This document shows, piece after piece, positions 51,761-64,000 of a DNA stretch of 64,000 bases. Within the stretch, counting starts at the first letter, position 1. Every line of letters begins with the position of its first letter. The stretch is from Mobula birostris (taxonomy: Eukaryota): the NCBI RefSeq assembly GCF_030028105.1, contig NC_092371.1, forward strand, positions 53,992,439-54,056,438, given 5' to 3'. The notes below the pieces were generated by a model that worked only from the letters and a program-made list of their open reading frames with translations, did not search any database and was not told the origin of the DNA. The position numbers and the translations under genes were made by a program.

Positions 51761-52344
51761 ATAGAAAGAAACCTGAGGGGCAACCTGGAAATGACTGAGG
51801 AACAGAAAATCATAGAGAAGATCATGAGAAAGGGACAGGAGAGTATGGATGCTGGTGTAGGAGTTGTGGTAAGGCAAGGGTTAATAACAACTTTCTAGCC
51901 AAGGATAGACTGGAGCAGTATGTGTGTTCAACCCAGACAAGTGGGGCCTCTGAAGTGAGATCTTTTCTTGAAAGATATTTGAAGAACATAGCTCCCCTTC
52001 ACCTAGTAGGGGGTGCCAGAGACAGACAGAAGGAAGTGAAACACACCCAACAACTAAGGGGCAATTCCTTTACTAACTTCAAGGTATCATCTGTTGTCCG
52101 CCTGTAGTTTCAATTGACTTTTAACAACTCTATACGAATGGTGATTGACCTCAAATTCAAACATAGAATTTTTCAAATGTCTATAACTGATAAGCCAATT
52201 CTGTATAAAAGTAGCACTTTTCGGTCTTGTCCTCAAATCAGTGTGGGTGACAGGGGCCATACTGTTCTCCTTGTGCACAAGTAAAATAAAGTGTGACTGG
52301 GGATTAAATGTGTGTGTGCTCTGAGTTTGGTTAATCAGCAACGA

Positions 52345-52555
52345 CACAGGGATCTGCAGCAAAACGCCAACAACTGGAGGAACTCATTGGGTTCAGCAGC
52401 ATTTGTTGGGGAGAATGGATTCATCAACAATTTGGTTGAGACCCACATTAGGACTCACCGTTCATGATACCTTCAGCCCAATTGTCAACAATTCCATTTC
52501 CCCCACAGATTCTGCTTGAAATGTTCAGATCCTCCAGTACTTTTTGTTTTGTTGC
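52345..52555. mobile_element. Old palindromic pair of Penelope tails
   Basis: Arms 'actggaggaactca...cagcatttgttgggga' and 'tcccccacagattctgct...tcctccagt' are mutually inverted. Confidence 0.65.
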
Positions 52556-52943
52556 AAAAGATCAGCAGATTTGTGAATGGATCATGTCAGGGGAGGATGT
52601 GTAGAAGGGAGATGATTGTGGAAAGAATGTGGGGATTTGAAGATCTCTAGGATAAGGGAAAGATAAGAGGAGAAGATCAAAATAGGGAGGGAAAAGACTG
52701 GAGACACTTGGGGAGAAGAGTGTGGGTGGGGAAGATAATGGCAGATTAAGGATGAAACTGGAAGTAGAGTGGTAAAGGTTGTGAAGGGGAAAGGGGAGAA
52801 GACCAGGGTGTCAGTGAAAAGACACCAAGGAAAAGATCATGGGGAGAGTGTGGAGAGGTGATCGAGGGGCTGGAAGCAAGTGCGTAGGCAATAATTTGAA
52901 TCTGGCCACTTTAAGCATATGCATATTACATTCATATATACAG

Positions 52944-53333
52944 GTGGGGAGGTGGGGCTCGTCAGCCTTGGACGGCAGCCCACCTAAGAGAAGGAAAACT
53001 CTGACTTGAAACCTTTGCTGCCTTGTGGCCATACCCACTCATGGGAAAGGTTTCGGGAGTAAATCCCAAGGAAGAAATCAGAGGCCAGGATCCATAGGCA
53101 GTTTGATATTGTTGACAACTTCACTCTGGCAACCTCTGTGAAGAAACTGGTGCCAAGCTATATTGTTGCCTTCCCTTCCCTTGGACTACTTCAGTGACGT
53201 GGAGAGGGGGAACCCGCTGCATGGGCAACAGCCAGTTCTTCAAATCTTCCACCCAGGCTTGCGTCCTGGAGCGGACACAGTCCACCAGTGGAACAAACCC
53301 ATGATCCCCTAGAATCGACAGCTGCCTACTCAT
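52944..53333 (+). mobile_element. RTE-related non-autonomous retroposon
   Basis: RTE 5'UTR-like motif 'agagaaggaaaactctgacttgaaacc'; flanking direct repeat TATACAG at 52937-52943 and 53334-53340. Confidence 0.65.
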
Positions 53334-53684
53334 TATACAGTCATGCAGACTCTTCATGCAATGATGATTTTTGGGGCATCTACAATATGCCATTGGTGAT
53401 TCTCTCTCCTATTCACTGTTGAATCCCTGGAGAATTGTAAGTAAAAGATCAGGAGAGGAGATTAGAAAGAAGTCTAAGGAGCCATAGAGCACATTACAAC
53501 AACAGAATGAAGAAATGACGATGATGGACTGCTACTTGGAAATAATCAAAGACTATATCAAGAGAGAAGATGAACATACCTGAAAATAATTCTATCCTGG
53601 AAGAATAGAGCATATCCTTTGTGAACAGGCACTTCACAAAACATGGGAAATGACTTTAAACTGTTTTTTAAAGAGAAGATCTCC

Positions 53685-53755
53685 TATCCTGATGAAGGGT
53701 CTCGGCCTGAAATATTGACTGTTTATCCCTATGCATAGATGCTATCTGACCCGCA
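53685..53755 (+). mobile_element. Penelope hammerhead tail
   Basis: CTGATGAAGGGTCTCGGCCTGAAA is identical to 13994-14017; stem III is mutated. Confidence 0.85.
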
Positions 53756-54111
53756 TCTTAACTTCCAAAAATTAACACAAGTGTTAGTCATGCATGCCTT
53801 TTCAAACAATAACCTATACATTCCCAGCAGCCCCTATTTTCATGGTCATTTGTGTCTGCACACTAGTCAATAAAATTTTATCAACAAATTGATTCCAAAA
53901 CATCTTGCTAAATGTATTTTCAGTGTAGCACACAAAATTGCTAGCCTTTGATGTGCGGGGTACTTTATTAAGCACAATGGTGTTCTTATCAAGTTCAGAT
54001 GTCACTTCTGAGAAAATCAATTGCATATGTGACTTGCAAATGGCACAGATCCCTTAGACAGGAATTACTTTCTCATAAATGTGAGGTCTTTTTCAAAAAT
54101 TCCAGAAGAAA

Positions 54112-54853
54112 ATTAGAATTGGTATCAAATTTATTATCTTTGTCTTATATGATATGAAATTTGTTGTTTTGTGACAGCAGTACAGTGCAAGAAGATAGAA
54201 TTACTATAAATTGAATGGATTCATGGAGAGTTCAGAAATCTGATGGTATAGGTGAAGAAGCTGTTTCAGAATCATTGAGAGTGGGCTTTTAGGCTCCTGT
54301 ACCTCTTCCCTGACGGTAGTAAAGCAAAAGGGCATATTCTGGATGGTGAAGGTCCTTAATGATTGATGCTACCTTCTTGAGGAACTGCATCTTGAAGATA
54401 TGGAGAGGCTTGTGCCCGTGATCGAGCGGGCTTACTCTACAACCCTCTGCAGCCATTGGTGATCTTCTGCACTGGAGGTTCCATTACAGACTGTGACACA
54501 ACCAGTCCGAATGCTCTCCCCTCTACATCTATAGAAATTTGAAAGACTCTGGTGACAGACCAAATCTCCTGAAACTCCTGATGAACTAGAGTCACTGGTA
54601 TATCTTCTTCATAATTGCATCAATGTGTTGGAATAAATGTGTTGAGGATAGATTCCCTGAAATGTTGATGCCAGGAATATAAACCTGCTGAGTCTCGCTC
54701 AACCCCTGAGTGAGGACTGATGGTTGTTCTCCCAACTTACCCTTTCCAGATTTCACAATGAATTCCTTGGTCTGTTGATCTGATTATGAGTACAAGGTTG
54801 TTGTTGCAACACCACTCAGCCAGCTGATCTATCTCACTCCTGTACACCTCCTG
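54112..54853 (-). mobile_element. Rex1/Babar 3' portion
   Basis: Antisense homolog of 3700-4430. Confidence 0.85.
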
Positions 54854-56564
54854 CCTAGTCTAGGGCACGTCTTTCTCAGGCCCTTCACTGTTGTAACTCC
54901 ATCTGTGACATGACCACCATCACTATATCATAAGCTTCAACGTATCCCAGCATCAGTTTGTGATAGTTCCCTTTTAAACAACTTTGACTAACACAACACA
55001 CCACTTGACTGACCAACCATAATCTGGGCGCCTTTATGCAAATCCTAACAAACCTCCATTTCTGAGCCCCCGAAAAAAATCCAGAAATATCCTATTATTT
55101 ATGTACATGGCTTGATGGTGAAACAATTGAAAGGAAGAACATGCAATAAGTGGGAGCCTGTAGGGGCATGTCCTCCATCCCTATTAACATCCAGGAAAGA
55201 ATACAGCATGAGATTATGAATGCAAATGCATGTAATTGTCTTACAATATTAATGATGCACACATGTCCTGATCCCAGAGCAGAAGTGAACCATGTTAAAC
55301 TTGTAAACCCTGGACTATTGTACAAAATAGACAATTGCAACAGGGAGTCCTCGTGCTATTTTTCTTTGGCTAACCAAACATTACTTGTCTAATACACCTT
55401 TACCAACATTGAAAAGTTTGAAGTTTAAAACGACATCATGATTTAATTAAAAATTGAGGAGCTGACATAAAAAAGTACACAGTTCTTCATTATAGCTTTC
55501 AATGCAATCAACTCTAAGGCAACACGCAACCAATAAATGAAGGCCCAGGATAAATTGAGACTACACAGTCTTAATTCTTGGTGCTTTTCCAGAGTGGGTG
55601 AAAATGCGATAGAGAAGGGCAATGAAATAAAAAGACAAGCTGGAAGTATACAGAATTAAGAATGCTTAAACATTGAAAAGATTACTATTTCAAAATTTAA
55701 ATAGAAATTATGGATAGCCAACCAAAATAAATACGGGTTAATAAAAAACGAAGCTTCTTCAGGTTACTCCAACTGCTGCAAATTCTGAGCATTTTGGTTT
55801 AACAGGCACAAATTTCTTTCTCTTTCAAAATCAACGCTATTTCATTAATGCTTTTACTGCTAGGCTCTCGAATGTATATAGAAAATCATTTAAATGTTAA
55901 TTTTCTTTAGAAAACCTCCAAGGGGCTATATATATTGTGATCAAAATGAATTTAAATTTTGCCCTCTTTATGATCTAATAATTAGTCCACGCAGATTGTC
56001 CCAAAATCCCCAATCTGCTTGTGTCTTCATATTAAACTACAAAATGAACATGAATGTTGCAGTTCATAATGTGCTATTGATTTTTTTTTTAGTTTTAAAA
56101 TCTTTTCAATTATATTTTCAAATTATCCGCACATTTGGGCTCCTCAGTTTGGTCTGTTCTTCACAGCATCTGTAAGAATAATGAGGCAGATGATCTACCC
56201 TGAAGGTACGTGGAGCAAATGACCTAACCCAACAAAAACTCTGCACTTGTGCACCCACAATATACAATAAAATGAAAGGTCTAATCTGTACATGTTCAGG
56301 CACACAAAATGTACCATTCAGTTTTCAAGGCATAATGTACTACCTTTTCAGGAGAGAAATCCCCATCCTCAGTGTTTCCAATAGTTGAATCATAAGTCAA
56401 AGAGGTAGTAAAATTACGTTGAGCCAGTTGTTGCAGAAAACCATTCCTTTTTTCCATTTTCTTGATTGGTGATTGAAATGGGGAGCATGCAACAATTAAT
56501 CCAAACAGAATATTCATCCAGGCCTAAATTTGCCTTTTTGTCCATATTATACTTGCTGCTCTGC

Positions 56565-56850
56565 AGTCCTGCCCTTCATTCCAAACTGAATCCCTAAACT
56601 CTGATAAAATAGTATTTTAAATCCTCATTGTTATCTTTAAGTTGTATCATGTTGTTACCTTCCATCAAGGTTGTATCTTGCGTTGAAGATACAAGGCTCT
56701 TATATCCCTCACAGTCAGCGGATCCGTGCAAGTTATTCACCTCGTCATTAGTTAACTCAACCTTCAGCCACTCAGGCTTCTATTTCTAGACTTCTTCAAC
56801 TGCCACTCTTTTGTTTAAATTCTCAAGACCCATATCTTCTTTCTAGCTTC
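56565..56850 (+). mobile_element. Degraded L2-like 3' region
   Basis: 'ttttaaatcctcattgttatctttaag' (FKIL..VFK-like) and 'accttcagccactcagg'. Confidence 0.4.
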
Positions 56851-57024
56851 TGGTCATCTCTCATGAATTCTCTGGTTTTGACATCTAGTAATCCTGGAAA
56901 ACCAAAGTCCTTTCCTCCTATGAGAGTTCTGGTTCTTGCTTTCTCATTTCTCCTCTTTACCTCACGTACTTAACAGTTAATCTCCAAGTCATAATCAATT
57001 TATTCAATTAAACATAAGGGGGAT

Positions 57025-58560
57025 GTGTCTTTCATTCAACATCTGCATGACAGCAGCCCTCTACCAACCTAACTAGAGCTGTAATACACCCTCTCTAACC
57101 GTAAAGAATCATGCCAAAACCTCGGGAAATGCGGACTTCTTATTACCTCTTGGGAGCCATGTCTCAGTGAAGGTAGACGTCAATGATGCAATGCAATTCC
57201 TTTTGACTTCAACGTGCCAATATAGCCTTCGGCCTATTGAGAAAAATGGTTTTGGAAGATCAAGATCTCAGAACTGGCACAGAAGTCTGGAAACAGTGTT
57301 CCCTGTCTTCCATGTGGCTTGAGTTATAGACCATTTGCATCAGGTACTGAAAAGATATCACCAATGCTGTTTCTGCAAAATCCTTATGTCGACTGGAACC
57401 ATAAACATACCAATGTCAACGTCCTCTTTCAGACCAAAGTTCCCAGTGTTAAGCTCCCATTTACATTCAGTTGACTCTTCTAGGCAGACCACTTTGTTCA
57501 CTCTAGCACCACTTTCCAAAAACAAACTGTTCCATGAGACCATCAGACCATAAGTCGTAGGAATAGAATTAGGCCACCAGCAACTTGAGTCTGCTCCGCC
57601 ATTCTGTCCTGACCAATTTATTATCTCTTTCAACCCCATTCTCCTGTCCTCTCCCCATAACCTTTGATACCCTTACAAGGCTAGAACCCAACAATCTCCA
57701 CTTTAAATACATCCAATGGCTTGACCTCAATGGCTATCTGTGGCAATGAATTCCACAGATTCACCACCCTCTGGCTATGTAAATTCCTCCTCTTCTCTCT
57801 CCTAAAGAGACATTCTTCTATTGAGGCTGTGCCCTCCAGTTGTAGACTCTCCAGTATAGGAAACATCCTCTCTGTGTCCACTTTTTCTTGGCCTTTCCAT
57901 ATTTAATAAGTTTCAATAAGATTCTCCCCCCATTTTTCTAAACTCCAGCAAGTGTAGGCCCAGAGCCATCACACCCTCCTCATATGTTAAGACTTCCATT
58001 TCTGGAATCTTCTCTTGAACCACCTCTGGATCCTTGCCATACCAGCACATCCTTTCTTATCTAAGGTGGCCAAAACTGCTCACAATATTCCAAGTGCAGT
58101 CTGACCAATGCCTTATAATACCTCAGCATTACATCCTTGTTTTTAAATTCTAGTACTCTCAAAATGAATGCTAATTTTGTATTTGCCTTCCTTACCAAGT
58201 TCTAATACAGCCAGAGTAACAGCGTTAAGGATGTGCTCAAAGCCTTCTTCAAGACAAACACCATTGTAGCCCCGACTATTGAGAATCCCCAGCCCGTGAC
58301 CACTCAAAGTGAAGAAAAGTCTTCAGGATGTCATTGAAATCCTCAGATCCATGCAGTCTGGATCACACAGAAGCTAAACTTTAGTGGCAGAAGGGGGAAA
58401 ACAATCTATGCTATCCATCTGCTAGCCTCATCAGAACTCTACTGCCCCACCTGTAGAATAGTCTGCAGTTCCTTTATTGCTCCCATCGGTCATCTCAAAA
58501 TGCACATAACTGGAGTGGAAGCAAGCCATTCTCAATCACAAAGAACTATAGAAGAAGAAT
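57025..58560 (+). mobile_element. RTE-clade LINE 3' part interrupted by CR1
   Basis: Degenerate AFGLLRKMVLEDQDL, LKRYHQCCFCKIL and PKTNCS motifs; after the CR1 insertion come KDVLKA and CPTCRIVCSS..GHLKMH, then a (GAA)n tail. Confidence 0.75.
57536..58197 (-). mobile_element. CR1 3' end
   Basis: ORF 57681..57881 'FRREKRRNLHSQRVVNLWNSLPQ' and a (GACCATAA)-type tail. Confidence 0.9.
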
Positions 58561-58927
58561 ATGATGACAGTTTAGCAGTGGAACTGAATGTCAGCAGCAA
58601 GCGGACGGGGCTGATTCCATGATGCTATATTGCTATACAGTGATTTACAGATAGTCTATCCTACAATTATTGCAATGAAAGATGGTGCAATGCAGTTGGA
58701 AGCAGGGAAATATAAAAGTTCTCTCCTTGCTTCTGTCCTCTTTTACAATCCTTTTGACCAATTCCATCAAATATTCTCACAATCTATTCTCTAATGTTGA
58801 CAGTATTAACTGCTTCAATCACTATATCCAAGATCATGTTCAACAGCTTCTGCAGATGGAGTTTCCTTGTCTTAAAGACACTGCAGTCATTCTGAGCAAC
58901 CTTGACCTTTTTAAGCTTGACACATAA

Positions 58928-61883
58928 AATTCAAAGTTTAAAGTTCAAAGTAAACTTTATTATGAGAGTACATACATGTCACTATATACAACCCTGAAAT
59001 TCTTTTTCTGTGGGCAAATCTATAGAACAGTACCTGTGAACAGGAACTTTAAACTGCAACAGACTATACAAATGCAGATAATTAATAAATAGCAATAAAT
59101 AACAAGCGTAAATAACAAGATAGAAAAGTTCTTAAATGAGTGTAGTTCTCCCATTTTGTTCAAGACCCTAATGGTTGAGTGGTAGTAACTGCTTTTGAAC
59201 ATGGTGGTGAAGTCCTGAGGCTCTTGTACCTTCTAACTGATGGCAGCAGTGAGAAAAGAGCATGGCCTAGGTGGTGAGTATATTTGTTAATGGATGCTGC
59301 TTTTCTACAGCAACATTTCATGTAGATGTGCAGAATGGTAGGGAGGGTCTTACCAATGACGTACTGGGCCAAATCCACTACCTTTTGTAGGATGTTCCAC
59401 TCAAAGGTATTGGTATTCTCATACCAGGCCGTAATGCAGTCAGTCAGCACACTTTCCACCACACATCTATAGAAGTTTGCCAAGGTTTTCAATGACATGC
59501 CTAACCTCCGCAGACACCCTAGGAATTAGAGGCACTGACGTGTTTTCCTTGCAAATATGATGGATTCAGGACAGGTCCTCTGAGATAGTAACACCCATTA
59601 ATTTAAAGTTACTGATCCTCTCCACCTCTGATCCTCCAATGATTACTGACTCATGGACCTCCGGTTTTCCTCTGTATGGTCAGCAATCTCGACCATGGTG
59701 TTGAAGCTGTACTTAGCCACACAGTCATAGGTGTAAGGTGACTAAAGCAGGGGGCTAAGTACACATCTCTGCGGTGCTCCTGTGCTGATGGAGATTGCTG
59801 AGGCGATGTTTTTGCCAATTCAAACTGGCTCTGGTCTACAAGTGAGGAAATTCAGAATCCAGTTGCACAATGGGCTATTGAGGCCCCAGTCTTGGAGTTT
59901 ACTGATTAGTTTTGCAAGGATGATAACGTTAAATTCCGAGCTGTAATCGATAAAGACCATCCTGCTGTATGCATCTTCTCTGTCCAGATATTCCAGGGTT
60001 GTGTGAAGAGCCAATGAGATAGCATCTGTTGTAGACCTGTTGCTTCAGCAGACCAACTGGAGTGGATCCAAGTCGCCACTCAAACAGGAGCTGATATGCT
60101 TCAACACCATCCTCTCAAAACACTTTAGCACTGTAGATGCAAGTGTCAGTTGGTGATACTTATTGAGACAGGTTACCATGATCTTCTTGGACACTGGTAA
60201 GATTGAAGCCTGCTTGAAGCAGGTGGGTACCACACACTGCCACAGTGAGAGGTTGAAGATATCTGTGAATATACCAGCCAAGTCTTCAGAATTCAGCCAG
60301 GTATTGCATCCAGACAGGATGCTTTCCTTGGATTCAATCCCTTGAAAGCAGCCTGCAAGTCATCTTCAGATACTGAGACCAAAGGATCATCAGGCGACAT
60401 GGGGGTGCACGATGGTTCCTCCCCTTTCTGGTGATCAAAGTGAGCATAGAAGACATGGAGCTCATCTGGAAGTGAAGCTCTGCTGTCTCCTATGTCGCAA
60501 AATTTAACTTTGTAGGTGGTTGTGGCATTCAAATCCTGCCACAGCTGCCGAGCATCCCTCATTGATTCCAGTGTCGTCCAGGATCTCCATTTTGCCTGAG
60601 AGATGTCTTTCTGGAGGTCATACTTGAATCTTTTGTAGCATTCTTGATCTCCAGACTTGAATGCCTCTGATCTGGCTCTCAGCAGGTTCTGGATTTCATT
60701 GTTCATCCAGAGCTTCTGATTGGGGAAAACCCTGAACGATTTTGTGGATACACAATCTTCCACAGCTGCCTTAATGAAGTCTTTAATGACCTTGGTGTAG
60801 TCATTTGGGTCCTCAGATGGGTCCTTGAACAAGGTCCAGCCCACTGGCTCAAAGTAATCCTGTAACCATTCCTCTGCCTCCCAAGACAACCTTTTGGTTA
60901 TCTTGATCTCTGGAGCTTTGATCTTTAGGCTCTGTTTGTACGCAGGTAGCAGGAGTACAGCCAAATGATCCAACTTGTCAAACTGCAGAATCAGGATGGT
61001 ACAATAGGCATTCCTTATCATAGTGTGGCAGTGATCTAGTGTATTGGGACCTCTGGTGCAACAGGTTACATGCTGGTGATAATTGGGCAGGATTTCCTTC
61101 AAACAGGCTGGTTAAAGTCGCCAACTATAATTTGAAATGCATTGGGATGAGTTGTTTCTTGTTTACAGACAACATTGTGCAGTTTCATGAATGCTTGCTT
61201 GTAATCAGCTATTGGTGATATGTAAACTGCAGTCACAAATGAGAACTCCTGAGGCAAATAGAATGGCCTACATTTAATTGTTGGTTGTTCTAAGTCAGGG
61301 GAACAAGAAGGTGACATAATCTCAACATCTGTGCACCAACGAGAATTAACTAAAAAGCATACACTGCCACCTTTTTCCTTACCAGAGTTTGAGGTTCTAT
61401 CCATTCCAAAAATCGTTAAACCTTCCAGTCATATCACTGTATCTAGTGTATCCTTACTTAACCAAGATTCAATGAAACAGACAATTGAGATCGACCTCAT
61501 CTGACTCTGATACAGCAGCCTTGACCTGAGATTGTCAATCTTATTTTCCAGTGACTGTATATTCGTCAACAAGATGACCATGCTAAGTGGATGAGACCTC
61601 ATCCCTCTCTGATTCAGCATGGTTTGAGTTCCACCTCTCCTGCCCTGTTTTCGGCCATGGCGTTGACCCTTCAAGCCTCCATGCTTAACTACTCCGCATT
61701 TAACCATTGAACGTGAGATCTGATGATCATTGATGTAATTTCGTCATCCGCTGTTCTGAGGAAATTTACGTGCTGCAGGTTGCAGTGAAAGTAGTTCAAA
61801 AACAGTATATTTAAGAGGAAAACTGGTACAATTTCCTGTAGGCCACAGAGAGTTGCCCACAATGTACACTGGTGCCATCTTGA
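58928..61883 (-). mobile_element. Near full-length Rex1/Babar LINE, frameshifted
   Basis: Collinear APE motifs (LTNIQSLENK, CFIESWL, GDFNQ, TLDH, LDH) and RT motifs ([20 protein letters not shown]); 5' end rc TCAAGATGGCACC; (TTTGAAC)-type tail; deletion near 59675. Confidence 0.93.
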
Positions 61884-61939
61884 TTTTCTTTTTTTTGTCA
61901 AGCTGGCAAACTCACGACAAACTGGGAATCAAATGCAAC

Positions 61940-62105
61940 ATGTTTAAAAAGTCCAAGGTAAATTTCTTATCAAAGTGCGTATATGCCACAATATTACTAC
62001 CCAGAGATTGCTTTTCTTTCTGGCATTTACAGTAGAACAAAGAAATACAATAGAATCAATGAAAATACACGCAAGCACAGAAAAATAAGCGACTGATGTG
62101 CAAAA
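61940..62105 (-). mobile_element. Rex1-type 3' tail
   Basis: Homologous to 58940-59015. Confidence 0.7.
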
Positions 62106-64000
62106 GATGCAGCTCCTCAGAGACCGTGTTAGGGATCTGGAGCTGCAGCTTGATGACCTACTGCTTATCAGGGAAAGTGAAGAGGTGATAGACAGGAGCT
62201 ACAGAGAGGTAGTCATCCCTAGGCTACAGGGGTCAGAAAACTGGGTCACTGTTGAGAGAGGGAAGGGAAATGCCCGGATAGTGGAGAGCACACCTGTGGC
62301 CGTCCCCCTCAGCAACAAATATCTTGTTCTGGATGCTGTTGAGGGGGATGACCCAACAGGGGATGCCCACGGTGAACGGGTCTCTGGCACTGAGCCTGGC
62401 ACTGTCGTGCAGGAGAGAAGGAGGGAGAAAAGGAATGCGGTAGTCATAGGGGATTCCATAGTCAGGGGAACGGACAGGAGATTCTGTGATACCCACATGG
62501 TGTGTTGCCTCCCAGGTGCCAGGGTACAGGATGTCTCGGATCGGCTCCTGAATATTCTGAAGGGGGAGGGTGAGCAGCCTGTTGTCTTGGTACATGTTGG
62601 TACCAATGACATAGATAGGACAAAGGAGGAGGTCCTGAAGAGAGATTTCCAGGAGTTAGGAAGGAAGTTGAGAAGCAGGACCTCCAGAGTAGTAATCTCG
62701 GGATTGCTAACTGTGCCACGTGCTAGCGAGGGCAAGAATAGTAGGATCAGGCAGATGAATGTGTGGCTGAGAGACTGGTGTGGGGGCAGGGCTTCAGATT
62801 CTTGGATAATTGGGATCTCTTCTGGGGGAAGTATGGCCTGTTCAAAAAGGACAGGTTACACCTGAACCCAAAGGGGACCAATATCCTGGCGGGAAAGTTT
62901 AATAGAGCTGTTAGGGAGGATTTAAACTCATTTGGCAGGGGGATGGGAACCGGAATGACAGAGCGGAGGAAGGGGAAAACAGAAATAAATCTAAGATAGT
63001 GAGCAGTAAAGATGTCAGGTAAGACAGGCAGGTGATGGGGCAAATTTGTAGCCATTGGGATGAGTTGCAGTGCAATAAAGTTGCAGTGAAATCAAAGCGA
63101 AAAGTATCAAATACTGGTCTTAAGGTGTTATACTTAAATGCACGCAACATAAGGAATAAGTTGGATGATCTTGTCGTACAGCTACAGATTGGCAGGTATG
63201 ATATTGTGGCCATCACTGAGAAGTGGCTAAAGGATGCATGTCCAAGGATACACGGTGTATCGGAAGGATAGGAAGGTAGGCAGAGGGGGAGGCGTGGCTT
63301 TATTGGTAAGAAATGATATTAAATCATTAGAAAGAGGTGATATGGGATCAGAAGGTGCAGAATCTTTATAGGTTGGGCTAAGGAACCGCAGGGGTAAAAG
63401 GACCCTGAAGGCAGTTACTTATAGGCCTCCAAACAGCTGCAGTGATGTGGACTACAAATTACAACAGGAAATAGAAAAGGCTTGTCAGACGAGCAGTGTT
63501 ATGATAATTGTGGGGGATTTTAACATGCAAGTGGATTGGGAAAATCAGGTCAGCACTGGATCTCAAGAGAGAGAATTTGTAGAATGTCTGCGAGATGGCT
63601 TTTTAGAACAGCTTGTTGTTGAGCCCACTAGGGGATCGGCTGTACTGGATTGGGTATTGTGTAATGAACCAGAGGTGATTAGAGAGATTAGTTTAAGGAA
63701 CCCTTAGGAGGCAGTGATCATAACACGATTGAGTTCACTGTGAAGTTTGAAAAAGAGAAGCCGAAATCTGATGTGTCGGTATTTCAGTGGAGTAAAGGAA
63801 ATTACAGTGGCATGAGAGAGGAACCGGCCAAAGTTGACTGGAAAGGGACACTGGCGGGAAAGACGGCAGAGCAGCAGTGGCTGGAGTTTATGCGAGAAGT
63901 GAGGAAGGTGCAAGACAGGTATATTCCAAAAAAGAAGAAATTTTCGAATGGAAAAAAGATACAACCATGATTGACAAGAGAGGTCAAAGCCAAAGTTAAA
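62106..64000 (+). mobile_element. CR1 LINE: ORF1 (coiled coil plus SGNH/GDSL esterase) and ORF2 APE endonuclease; runs off the window
   Basis: ORF1 has VVIGDSIVRG, VHVGTND and DRLHLN (frameshift near 62785); ORF2 has LYLNARNIRNK, YDIVAITEKWL, YRPP, GDFN and SDH, with frameshifts and stops. Confidence 0.95.

Noticed and set aside
52003-52018. CTCF-like motif CTAGTAGGGGGTGCCA
   Set aside because: It has two mismatches at core positions and motif evidence alone is insufficient.
14292-58927. Numerous 60-140 aa ORFs in the ORF track
   Set aside because: They have random composition or are alternate and antisense frames of repeats, with no recognisable domains.
62098-62999. GDSL/SGNH esterase read as a host gene
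   Set aside because: This is the standard CR1 ORF1 domain; it is frameshifted and directly followed by the ORF2 endonuclease.
1-64000. Inverted homologous CR1 sequence at both window ends (1-546 vs 63500-64000) read as a giant TIR element
   Set aside because: These are diverged internal ORF2 pieces of an abundant LINE and both are cut by the window edges; independent insertions explain them.

Overview
This is 64 kb of AT-rich vertebrate genomic DNA. The repeat set (CR1 with an esterase ORF1, Rex1/Babar, Penelope, V-SINEs, Deu-domain SINEs, RTE) points to a cartilaginous fish, probably a ray; that assignment is an inference. I found no convincing host protein-coding gene, so the window looks intronic or intergenic. 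Every ORF I could recognise is transposon-derived. Main observations: (1) a 3-kb inverted Penelope insertion at 11079-14091 with an 11-bp TSD, an open RT/GIY-YIG frame and a minimal hammerhead ribozyme at each end; (2) about 14 further or degraded hammerhead-bearing Penelope tails, two pairs of them arranged as palindromes; (3) a 46-bp fold-back hairpin inside a second Penelope copy; (4) a near full-length Rex1/Babar LINE next to a CR1 5' half; (5) Tc1, Tigger, hAT-MITE and probable Harbinger relics, several of them nested; (6) long TE-poor stretches that may hold conserved non-coding elements. I see no evidence for a wholly new system. Coordinates of degraded repeats are approximate and family names come from recalled motifs, not searches.
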